Source: an uncultured Desulfarculus sp.
Lineage (GTDB): Bacteria; Desulfobacterota; Desulfarculia; Desulfarculales; Desulfarculaceae
Assembly (NCBI GenBank): GCA_963665125.2
Contig: CAXXUK010000001.1
Coordinates: 2,784,001 to 2,848,000 of the forward strand
Reading direction: 5' to 3'
Length of the DNA: 64,000 nt
Shown here piece after piece: positions 9,117-17,653 of the stretch (position 1 is the first letter of the stretch; each line of letters starts with the position of its first letter). Position numbers and translations under genes: made by a program. The notes below the pieces were generated by a model. The model made no database searches, was not told the DNA's origin, and worked only from the letters and a program-made list of their open reading frames with translations.

Positions 9117-9971
9117 ATGGACGCCGTTATATTAATGATCCTGCTGGGCGCGACGGTGCTGATTTTGATCGGCGCGCTGGTCAGCTTGTACCGCTACCTT
9201 GAACGCAAGGTCCTCTTTCCGCAGCTACCCCGGCTGTGGAGGGGCGACCGCAACCGTTTTTTGGTATTCGGCCTGCTTTTCCCAGTTTGCGCGGCGGGGT
9301 TTGTTTTTTACAGCATTTACACGGCCACGGATATGCCTCCCGAGCAGCAGATGGCCAAACAGGAAAGCCCCCTGGACGCCTATGAGCAGGCCCCGCCCCA
9401 GGAATCCACGCCTGGCTGGGATGCAGCAAGTCCTTCTACCGAACCCCGGGTTGAACAAACAACGGAGCCCGCACCCACGGAAATGACTCCGGGGCAAGAG
9501 GCAGCATTTGAACAAGGCCAACCTCCGGCCGACCCCAAAGCCACCGAACAGCTAAAGCAGGACGAGGCCCAGGCCCTGGCCGCGGCCAAGCCCACCGAGC
9601 CTCTGCCCGTTATCCAAACCGCCGAACCAACGCCCGAGGCGACGGCCACGGCCGAACCGGCGCGAACCGCCGCACCAGCGCCCACGGCAACGCCGGCGCA
9701 AACATCGGCACCGGCCGCCACGGCGGAGGTGCCCAAGGGTTGGGCCGTGTGTTTGGCCTCGTACCCGAGCCAATCGGATGCCCAGGATCATGTCGCGCGC
9801 CTCAACAAGCAGGGCATGCAGGTCCACATGACCAGCGCCCAGGTCAAAGGCGGCACCTGGTACCGGGTCTGCGCCACGGGCTTTGCCAGCCTGGACCAGG
9901 CCAAGAAAGCCATGCAGCAATACAAGGAACAGGGACTGGGCGATTCACCGTTCCCGGTGCGCATCCGCTGA
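9117..9971 (+). CDS. Membrane-anchored SPOR-domain protein
   Basis: Two N-terminal TMs, Pro/Ala/Thr-rich linker, C-terminal WAVCLASY..A...L...WYRV..F.S...A SPOR pattern. Confidence 0.85.
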   Translation: MDAVILMILLGATVLILIGALVSLYRYLERKVLFPQLPRLWRGDRNRFLVFGLLFPVCAAGFVFYSIYTATDMPPEQQMAKQESPLDAYEQAPPQESTPGWDAASPSTEPRVEQTTEPAPTEMTPGQEAAFEQGQPPADPKATEQLKQDEAQALAAAKPTEPLPVIQTAEPTPEATATAEPARTAAPAPTATPAQTSAPAATAEVPKGWAVCLASYPSQSDAQDHVARLNKQGMQVHMTSAQVKGGTWYRVCATGFASLDQAKKAMQQYKEQGLGDSPFPVRIR

Positions 9972-9980
9972 GCATCGCAA

Positions 9981-10268
9981 ATGGATGACCAACGCCTTTG
10001 GACGCTGCTGAGCGAGCTTGCCGCCCAATTGGACGTTGAGGTTCGGCTGGACCACTTGAACGCCGGGGAGCAATACCAGGTGCGCGGCGGAGTTTGCCGC
10101 CTGGGCGGCAGGCTGGTAGCCTTTGTCGACCGCCGGGCCAACCAGGCGGGCCGCAACCGCCAGCTTGGCCGGGCCCTGGCCGGCCTGGGTCTGGACGATA
10201 TATACGTCAAGCCGGCCCTCAGGGAATTCCTGGACAGCCTGAGCCCCGGCCGCGGAGATATGGAGTAA
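9981..10268 (+). CDS. Conserved hypothetical protein (paralog of the next gene)
   Basis: Operonic with neighbours; RGGVCRLGGRLVAFVDRR motif. Confidence 0.75.
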   Translation: MDDQRLWTLLSELAAQLDVEVRLDHLNAGEQYQVRGGVCRLGGRLVAFVDRRANQAGRNRQLGRALAGLGLDDIYVKPALREFLDSLSPGRGDME

Positions 10269-10272
10269 GGCT

Positions 10273-10566
10273 GTGGCCACACGCAGGGCCTCCAAAAAAT
10301 ACCTGGCCGAGTTGGAAAAACAAATCAAGGGACGCGGCGTCAAGGTGGCCTACGAACGGCTGCAATACGCCGGGCTGATGCTGCGGGGCGGCATGTGCTG
10401 GTTCAAGGGCGACTACTACTTGTTCATCGACCGCCGCAAAACCGTGGCCGAACGTTGCGAACAGCTCGAAAGCGCCCTGGACGAACTGAGCCAACTGGCC
10501 GCCCGGAACAAGCTGGACGACCCGAGTCCCCCGGAAGAAAAGGAAAACACCGGTGAATCCGCGTGA
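10273..10566 (+). CDS. Conserved hypothetical protein (paralog of the previous gene)
   Basis: GTG start after GGAG; RGGMCWFKGDYYLFIDRR motif. Confidence 0.75.
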   Translation: MATRRASKKYLAELEKQIKGRGVKVAYERLQYAGLMLRGGMCWFKGDYYLFIDRRKTVAERCEQLESALDELSQLAARNKLDDPSPPEEKENTGESA

Positions 10567-11617
10567 GCAACTGATACAAGTCTGCCGCATGGCCTGGCAG
10601 AGGGGCTACATGGCCGCCACCGACGGCAACGCCTCCCTGCGCCTGGACGACGGCAATATCCTGATCACCCCCAGCGGCCGCTGCAAACAGCTCATCCAGC
10701 CAGAGGAGCTGCTGGTGGTGGACCCTTCCGGCAATGTCATCGAGGGCAATGGCGCGCCCAGCAGCGAAGGAAAGTTGCACTATCTGGTCTACCGCCTCAG
10801 GCCCGACGTAATGGCCGTGGTCCACGCCCACCCGCCCCTGGCCACGGCCCTGAGCGTGGCCGGCAGGGAACTGGACTGCACGGCCCTGCCCGAGTTGATG
10901 ATCCACCTGGGTTCCGTGCCCACGGCGCCGTACGCAACGCCGACCACCGATGAGTTGCCCGTGGCCGTGGAGCCGTATTTGCAAGGCAGCGACGCCATGC
11001 TTTTGGACCACCACGGCACCCTGACCATGGGCTCGACAATGGAGCGGGCCTGGGCCCTGACCGAAAAGCTGGAGCACGCGGCCCAGACGCTGATGGCCGC
11101 CGAACAATTGGGCGGGGCCAAACCCCTGAGCGAACCGCACCAACAGCGTCTGCTGAGCCTTGGCCGCCAATACGGCCTGCTGCGGGAGGCGCCCCAGGCA
11201 TCCCCGCCGCCCCTGGCCGACAGGGTGTTGGTGAAGCATTTGCCCGAGACGGCCGAGTTTTTGACCCAAAAGCGCTTCAGCGACACCCGGGGCATGGTCC
11301 ATTTAATCATCAATGACGCGCCCCTGCGGCGGGTGGCCCTGTTTAGCATTGAGCCGAACACCGGCTATCGGGGCAGCCATCTGCACCACCACAAGACCGA
11401 GGGATTCTACGTAGCCGCGGGCCGGGCAAAATTAGAGGTGGCATGTTCGGCAACTCATGAGACAATGGTGCTTGAACTGACCGAAGGCGATTTTGTGTGG
11501 ATGCCGCCCGGCGTGGCCCACCGCATCAAGGCCCTTGAGCCACTGACCTTTGTTGAATTGACCGACCGGCCCTATGAAAAGGGCGACGACGTGCCTTTTG
11601 ATTTCGAGGAGGCCTGA
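10553..11617 (+). CDS. Class II aldolase/adducin domain fused to a C-terminal cupin domain
   Basis: DGNAS, ITPSG, PSSE..LH, VVHAHP, LLDHHG in the N-terminal part; DTRG, RGSHLH...EGF and PPGVAH cupin motifs in the C-terminal part. Confidence 0.88.
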   Translation: MNPREQLIQVCRMAWQRGYMAATDGNASLRLDDGNILITPSGRCKQLIQPEELLVVDPSGNVIEGNGAPSSEGKLHYLVYRLRPDVMAVVHAHPPLATALSVAGRELDCTALPELMIHLGSVPTAPYATPTTDELPVAVEPYLQGSDAMLLDHHGTLTMGSTMERAWALTEKLEHAAQTLMAAEQLGGAKPLSEPHQQRLLSLGRQYGLLREAPQASPPPLADRVLVKHLPETAEFLTQKRFSDTRGMVHLIINDAPLRRVALFSIEPNTGYRGSHLHHHKTEGFYVAAGRAKLEVACSATHETMVLELTEGDFVWMPPGVAHRIKALEPLTFVELTDRPYEKGDDVPFDFEEA

Positions 11618-11621
11618 TATC

Positions 11622-12071
11622 ATGAACGACGAAATGCGCAAATTCATCCGCAGCCGCCGCAATTGCGTGCTGGCCACATGCGGCGACGGCCAACCGCACT
11701 GTTCGCTGATGTCTTATCTGGTGGAGGACAACGCCCAGATCATCTACCTGATCTCAAAGGTGGGCACCAAAAAATACGCCAACATCATGTCCAACCCCAA
11801 GGTGAGCCTTTTGATAGACGACCGCAGCACGGCCTGTCCGGTGGGCCAGCTTGGCCTGGACAAAGTCAAGGCCCTGACCATCAGCGGGCACTGTGAACTG
11901 CTGGAAGACCCGGGCCGGGCCGGAGCCATCAAGCGCCTGTTCTCGGTGCGCTATCCGCATCTGGAAGGCCTGTTGGCCGAGCCCGACGCGGTGATTCTCT
12001 ATGTAGAGGTGGAGCATCTGAGCATGCGCGAAGGCGCGCTCAAGGAGCATTATTCACCCCTGAACGATTAA
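11622..12071 (+). CDS. Pyridoxamine 5'-phosphate oxidase-like FMN-binding protein
   Basis: CVLATC.DGQPHCSLM, TKKYANI..NPKVSLLID split-barrel pattern. Confidence 0.85.
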   Translation: MNDEMRKFIRSRRNCVLATCGDGQPHCSLMSYLVEDNAQIIYLISKVGTKKYANIMSNPKVSLLIDDRSTACPVGQLGLDKVKALTISGHCELLEDPGRAGAIKRLFSVRYPHLEGLLAEPDAVILYVEVEHLSMREGALKEHYSPLND

Positions 12072-12149
12072 GCCGACACGCGGATACGTCAAACTTTCCA
12101 GTTGCGGCCGCCCGTGGGGGCCGCAACAAGTATTTAATGGGACCGAAAA

Positions 12150-13259
12150 ATGAGCATCGAAAACAAACTGCCTCCCGTGGCGCCGGAGATAGTCTCGCTC
12201 AAGCCCTATGAACCGGGCAAACCCATCGAGGAACTGGAGCGGGAGCTGGGCATATCCGGCGCTATCAAACTGGCCAGCAATGAAAACCCCCTGGGGCCTT
12301 CGCCCAAGGCCATGGCCGCCGTGCGGGACGGCGCCTGGCGGCTGCATCGCTACCCCGACGGAGCGGGTTTTGAACTGCGCCGGGCCATTGCCCAAAAGCA
12401 GGGCCTGGACCTGGAAAACATCTGCCTTGCCAACGGATCCAACGAGGTCATCGAGTTTTTGTGCAAGAGCTTCATCCGCCCCGGCGACGACGCCCTGGCA
12501 GCCCAGTACGCCTTCAGCATGTACGAGACCCTGGTCACCGTGGCCGGGGGGACCCTGCGCCAGGTGGACCTGAGGGACTTCCGTATCGACCTGGACGCCA
12601 TTGCCGCGGCCATCGGCCCCAAAACCAGACTGGTGTTCATCAACTCGCCGCACAACCCGGCGGGCACGGCCGTGGGCAAGGCTGAGTTCAGCGAATTTCT
12701 GGCCAAAGTGCCGGGCGGCGTGTGCGTGGTCATCGACGAGGCGTATGTGGATTTTGCCGACGACCCCCAGGCCCTTTACGGCCGCGATTTCGTGGGCGAC
12801 GACTCGCCGGTGGTGGTGATGCGCACCTTCAGCAAGTCCTACGGCCTGGCCGGACTGCGCATCGGCTACGCCATGGCCGCCCGGCACGTGGTGAGCTTGT
12901 TCGACCGGGTGCGCCAGGCCTTCAACACGTCGATCCCATCCCAGGAGGCCGCCCTGGCCGCCTTGGGCGACGACGAGTTCCTTGAAAAGACCGTGGCCAT
13001 AACCAGCCAGGGCCGCAGGGACTTTTACGCCTGCTTCGAGGACCTGGGCCTGAGCTATACGCCCAGCCAGGCCAATTTCGTGCTGGTGCACATAGGCCCC
13101 AAGGCCGCCGAGGTGGCCGACAAGCTGCTCAGGCGGGGTGTCATTGTGCGCTACATGGCCAGCTATCACATGCCGGAATACCTGCGCATCAGCGTTGGCC
13201 TGCCCGAGGAGAACCAGCGCTTTACCAAGGAACTGCGCAGCATCATGGCGGAGGGCTGA
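12150..13259 (+). CDS. hisC: Histidinol-phosphate aminotransferase
   Basis: YEPGKP, KLASNENP, NGSNE, PHNPAG, DEAY, RTFSKSYGLAGLRIGY. Confidence 0.95.
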   Translation: MSIENKLPPVAPEIVSLKPYEPGKPIEELERELGISGAIKLASNENPLGPSPKAMAAVRDGAWRLHRYPDGAGFELRRAIAQKQGLDLENICLANGSNEVIEFLCKSFIRPGDDALAAQYAFSMYETLVTVAGGTLRQVDLRDFRIDLDAIAAAIGPKTRLVFINSPHNPAGTAVGKAEFSEFLAKVPGGVCVVIDEAYVDFADDPQALYGRDFVGDDSPVVVMRTFSKSYGLAGLRIGYAMAARHVVSLFDRVRQAFNTSIPSQEAALAALGDDEFLEKTVAITSQGRRDFYACFEDLGLSYTPSQANFVLVHIGPKAAEVADKLLRRGVIVRYMASYHMPEYLRISVGLPEENQRFTKELRSIMAEG

Positions 13260-13261
13260 GC

Positions 13262-13921
13262 ATGGTCGTGACCATCGACGGACCCTCGGGCGCGGGCAAA
13301 TCCACCGTGGCCAAGGCGGTGTCCCAAAGGCTTGGTTTCGCCTTTTTGGATACCGGAGCCCTGTACAGGGCAGTGGCCCTGGCCGCAAGCATGGAGCAGA
13401 TAGACCCTGACAATGAAAAAGCCGTGGCCGCCTGGCTGCCCGGCGTGGATATCGAGGTCCAGGCCGGCGGCGGCGCGTTCACGGTCCTTTACGGCGGCAG
13501 CGACGTGGAGCCGTTTATCCGCAACGAGGAGATCGGCGGCCTGGCTAGCAAGCTCTCGGCCCAAAAGGCCGTACGGGACAAGCTGCTGGAGTTGCAGCGC
13601 CGGGCCGCCGATGCCGGTGACCTGGTCTGCGAGGGCCGGGACATGGGCACGGTGGTGTTTCCCGGAGCGGAGTTCAAGTTTTTCCTCAACGCCGACCCAC
13701 GGGAGCGGGCCCGACGCCGTCTGGCCGAACTGAAGCCATACCAGCCGTCGCTGACCCTGGGCCAGGTCATGGAGGATATGGCCCGCCGGGACGAGCGCGA
13801 CTCCCACCGGGCCTTGAGCCCCCTTGAGCCGGCCGCCGACGCCGAAATCGTCGACACCACGCCCCTGAACCGCGACCAAGTCATCGAACTGGTGGCAGCC
13901 AAGGTTAGCGGGAAAAATTAA
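13262..13921 (+). CDS. cmk: Cytidylate kinase
   Basis: IDGPSGAGKST, LDTGALYR, EGRDMGTVVFP, RDERD. Confidence 0.96.
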   Translation: MVVTIDGPSGAGKSTVAKAVSQRLGFAFLDTGALYRAVALAASMEQIDPDNEKAVAAWLPGVDIEVQAGGGAFTVLYGGSDVEPFIRNEEIGGLASKLSAQKAVRDKLLELQRRAADAGDLVCEGRDMGTVVFPGAEFKFFLNADPRERARRRLAELKPYQPSLTLGQVMEDMARRDERDSHRALSPLEPAADAEIVDTTPLNRDQVIELVAAKVSGKN

Positions 13922-14072
13922 CCCAAAAAACCTACGGTCATATAGGTTGTTAAACGGGCGGCTTTCTGGTAGATAAGAAAATTTGCGGGGGTGGAGGATT
14001 TTTACGTCCTCACACCTGCTTCGCATTAACCCAAACCCTAAACAGACAAACAGAGTTAACTAGGAAACTAAC

Positions 14073-15824
14073 ATGGACAACAACGACCTGACCAAAGACC
14101 AAGCCGACATCAACGACATTGACTATGCGGAGGAAGATCTTTCCCCCGAGGAGCTCGAAGCTCTCTACGAACAATCCCTGAGGACGGTTCAGGAAGGCGA
14201 GGTCGCCCGCGGTACAGTCATTGCCGTGGAAAAAGACTATGTCGTGGTGGACATCGGTTACAAGTCCGAGGGTCAGATCGACATTCGTGAGTTCACCGAC
14301 GCCGACGGCAATATCGAAGCCAAGGTGGGCCAGGAAGTCGACGTGCTTCTCGAGTGGACCGAGGACGAAGACGGCACCATCATCCTGAGCAAGGAAAAAG
14401 CCGCCAAGATCAAGGTCTGGGACGAAATCAGCAACCTTTACGCCAACAACGGCGTGATCAACGGCATCATCGTGGGCCGTGTCAAGGGCGGCATGAGCGT
14501 CGACATCGGCGTCAACGCCTTCCTTCCCGGTTCCCAGGTGGACCTGCGCCCGGTGCGCAACCTGGACGCGCTGATCGGCCAGGCCTTCGACTTCCGCATT
14601 CTCAAGTTCAACAAGAAGCGCTCCAACATCGTTTTGAGCCGCCGCATCCTGCTTGAGGAAGAGCGCGAGAGCAAGAAGTCCGAGACCCTGGAATTCCTCG
14701 AGGAAGGCTCCGTGCTCAAGGGCGTGGTCAAGAACATCACCGACTACGGCGTGTTCGTGGACCTGGGCGGCATCGACGGCCTGCTGCACATCACCGACAT
14801 GAGCTGGGGCCGCGTGGGCCATCCCTCGGACCTGTTCAAGATCGGCGACGAGATCGACGTCAAGGTGCTCAACTTCGACCGTGACCGCGAGCGCGTCAGC
14901 CTGGGCCTCAAGCAGCTCAAGGAAGACCCGTGGAGCACTGCTTCCGAGACCTACGCCGTGGGCACCAAGGTCACCGGCAAGGTCGTCAGCCTGGCCGACT
15001 ACGGCGCATTCGTCGAGGTCGAGGAAGGCATCGAGGGCCTGATCCACGTCAGCGAGATGTCCTGGACCCGCAAGGTCCGCCACCCCTCCAAGATCGTCAA
15101 CGTCGGCGACGAGGTCGAGGCGGTGGTGCTGTCGCTGAACCCCGAGTCCAAGCGCATCAGCCTGGGCATGAAGCAGGTCGAGCCCAACCCCTGGGATCTC
15201 ATTGCCGAGAAATACCCCGTGGGCACCACCATCGAGGGCCGCGTCAAGAACGTCACCGACTTCGGCCTGTTCATCGGCATCGACGAGGGCATCGACGGTC
15301 TGGTGCATGTCAGCGACATCTCCTGGTCCAAGCGCATCAAGCACCCCGGCGAGCTGTACAAGAAGGGCGATGAAGTCCGCGCCGTGGTTCTGAACATCGA
15401 CCGCGAGAACGAGCGTTTCAGCCTGGGCATCAAGCAGCTCGAGGGCGATCCCTGGGATCGCGTGCCCGAGAAGTACGCCCAGGGCACCAAGGTCACCGGC
15501 GTGATCACCAACGTCACCGATTTCGGCATCTTCGTGGAGCTGGAAGAGGGCGTCGAGGGTTTGATCCACGTCAGCGAGATCACCGGCGACAAGATCAAGA
15601 CCCCTGTGGGCATGTTCGAGGCCGGCGGCGAAATCATCGCCAAGGTGACCAGCATCACCCGCAAAGACCGCAAGATCGGCCTGTCCATGCGCCGCCTGGA
15701 CGAGGACGTCTCGCGCAAGAGCTTCTCCGACTACATTGACAGCCCGCAGGCGGCCACCAGCAACCTTGGCGATCTGCTCAAGGAAGGCCTGGCCCAACAA
15801 ACCGGCGACGATGAAGAAGAGTAA
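14073..15824 (+). CDS. rpsA: 30S ribosomal protein S1
   Basis: Six S1 repeats (DIGYKSEG, AFLPGSQVD, DYGVFVDLGGIDGLLH etc.); follows cmk. Confidence 0.98.
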   Translation: MDNNDLTKDQADINDIDYAEEDLSPEELEALYEQSLRTVQEGEVARGTVIAVEKDYVVVDIGYKSEGQIDIREFTDADGNIEAKVGQEVDVLLEWTEDEDGTIILSKEKAAKIKVWDEISNLYANNGVINGIIVGRVKGGMSVDIGVNAFLPGSQVDLRPVRNLDALIGQAFDFRILKFNKKRSNIVLSRRILLEEERESKKSETLEFLEEGSVLKGVVKNITDYGVFVDLGGIDGLLHITDMSWGRVGHPSDLFKIGDEIDVKVLNFDRDRERVSLGLKQLKEDPWSTASETYAVGTKVTGKVVSLADYGAFVEVEEGIEGLIHVSEMSWTRKVRHPSKIVNVGDEVEAVVLSLNPESKRISLGMKQVEPNPWDLIAEKYPVGTTIEGRVKNVTDFGLFIGIDEGIDGLVHVSDISWSKRIKHPGELYKKGDEVRAVVLNIDRENERFSLGIKQLEGDPWDRVPEKYAQGTKVTGVITNVTDFGIFVELEEGVEGLIHVSEITGDKIKTPVGMFEAGGEIIAKVTSITRKDRKIGLSMRRLDEDVSRKSFSDYIDSPQAATSNLGDLLKEGLAQQTGDDEEE

Positions 15825-15844
15825 GCTCTAGGAAGTAAAGGCAT

Positions 15845-16747
15845 ATGAGCAAAAGGCCCCTGCTGACGGCCATCGTCATAACCATTGTGATTGTGGTGGG
15901 TTTCGCCGCAGCACTGACCACCATGGACGGCGGGAAAATCAGGCAGGGGTCCGGGTTTAGCCTTTTGGGCAATAAAGTGGGCGTGGTTGAGGTGACCGGA
16001 GCGATCACCTCCTCCACGCCCATTGTTTTCGACCTGCAAAAATTCCGCAACGACTCGTCCATAAAGGCCGTCATCCTGCGGGTTGATTCTCCCGGCGGCG
16101 GCGTGGCCGCCAGCCAGGAGATATTCCGCGAGGTGGCTCGCACGGCCGCCAAAAAGCCGGTTATCTGTTCCATGGGGGCCGTGGCGGCCAGCGGCGGCTA
16201 TTACGTGGCCGCGCCGTGCACCAAAATCATGGCCAACCCCGGCACCATCACCGGCTCCATCGGCGTGATCCTCAGCCTGCCCAACTTGGAAGGCCTGTTC
16301 CAAAAGATCGGCCTGCGCATGGAATACATCACCGCCGGCAAATACAAGAGCGCCGGTGCGCCGGGCATGCCCCTGACCGAGGCCCAGCGGGCCATGCTCG
16401 ACCAGATGATCCAAACCACCCATGAGCAGTTCATCAGCGACGTGGCCAAGGGCCGCAAAATGGACCCTGAAAAACTGCGGAAAATCGCCGACGGCCGGGT
16501 CTTCACGGCCCAGACGGCCATTGGCCTGGGTCTGGTGGATCAGTTGGGCAACATCAACGACGCCGTGGACCTGGCCGGCCGCATGGCCGGAATCGAGGGG
16601 CGGCCCAAGCTGGTGTGGCCTGAAAACGAAGATCAGGGCCTGCTCGGCCGCATGATGCGGGGCGCGGTGCGCGAATTCGTCCGCGAGGCCTCCGGCGCGC
16701 TGAACCAGCCGGGCCTGCAATACCTCTACAATCCAACGGCCCGCTAA
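15845..16747 (+). CDS. sppA: Signal peptide peptidase SppA (36K type)
   Basis: LRVDSPGG, AASGGYY, TGSIGV, GKYK, DGRVF. Confidence 0.94.
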   Translation: MSKRPLLTAIVITIVIVVGFAAALTTMDGGKIRQGSGFSLLGNKVGVVEVTGAITSSTPIVFDLQKFRNDSSIKAVILRVDSPGGGVAASQEIFREVARTAAKKPVICSMGAVAASGGYYVAAPCTKIMANPGTITGSIGVILSLPNLEGLFQKIGLRMEYITAGKYKSAGAPGMPLTEAQRAMLDQMIQTTHEQFISDVAKGRKMDPEKLRKIADGRVFTAQTAIGLGLVDQLGNINDAVDLAGRMAGIEGRPKLVWPENEDQGLLGRMMRGAVREFVREASGALNQPGLQYLYNPTAR

Positions 16748-16752
16748 ACGCC

Positions 16753-17514
16753 ATGCAGTGGGCCGGACCGGGCAATCTATGGACCGGGGCTGGAGCTCCG
16801 TTGCGCGCCGCGGGCTTCATCGCGCGCAATCCCGGCATGTGGCTGCCCAGCCTGTTGCCTCTTGTCCTCAACATCGCTCTGTTCAGTCTGATGTACTGGA
16901 TGATTTTCAGCATGCTTCCGGGATGGCTGGACCAGTGGCTGCCCCATCAAGAGGGCTGGCTCTGGGCTGTCCTCTACTACGTGGTGCTGGTGCTGGTGGT
17001 GATCCTGGCCCTGACCGCCGGGGTTTATCTGTTTTCCTCGGTGGGCCGCATTCTGGCCGCGCCGTTTTTGGAAATTCTCACCCGTAAGACCGAGGAACTT
17101 GCCACCGGCTCGCCCGCTCCGGAAGGCCCGGCCTGGCTGTCGTCCATCGCCAGGGTAGCCTGGCAGGAAACCGTCAAGCTGTTCATCTACGCCGGGGTGC
17201 TCCTGGCCCTGATGCTTCTGAGCCTGATCATGCCCCTGGTGGGCGGCGGACCGTCGGCCGTACTGGCCTGGCTGGTCACGGTTTTTTTCCTGGCCATGGA
17301 ATTTCTCGACTACCCCCTGGAGCGGCGGGGCCTGAGCCTGGGCCAGAAGGCCAAGGCCACCTGGGACACCACACCGGGCTGGCTGGGCTTTGGCTGCGCC
17401 GTGTTCGTCCTGGGCATCGTGCCGGTGTTGAACATGGTCATGCTGCCCTTGTCGGCCGTGGGCGGCACCCTGTTTTTCCTTGATCTCCAGACCCAAGACC
17501 AGTCGATCCGCTGA
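16753..17514 (+). CDS. EI24/CysZ-family membrane protein
   Basis: LAAPF..L...E, EFLDYPLERR and GFG.....VPVLN..P..GGT patterns; multiple TMs. Confidence 0.85.
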   Translation: MQWAGPGNLWTGAGAPLRAAGFIARNPGMWLPSLLPLVLNIALFSLMYWMIFSMLPGWLDQWLPHQEGWLWAVLYYVVLVLVVILALTAGVYLFSSVGRILAAPFLEILTRKTEELATGSPAPEGPAWLSSIARVAWQETVKLFIYAGVLLALMLLSLIMPLVGGGPSAVLAWLVTVFFLAMEFLDYPLERRGLSLGQKAKATWDTTPGWLGFGCAVFVLGIVPVLNMVMLPLSAVGGTLFFLDLQTQDQSIR

Positions 17515-17653
17515 CCTGCCTCCCTGGCCTCAAACCACCTTCCCGTAGATTTATCAAATATGCCCGTGGAAACCGTGGGTATTGATAATTTAGAATGGAA
17601 AAGGCTGTGTGCCGGAAATTGCCGCATTTCAACACCAATAGGAGGAGTTTGGC

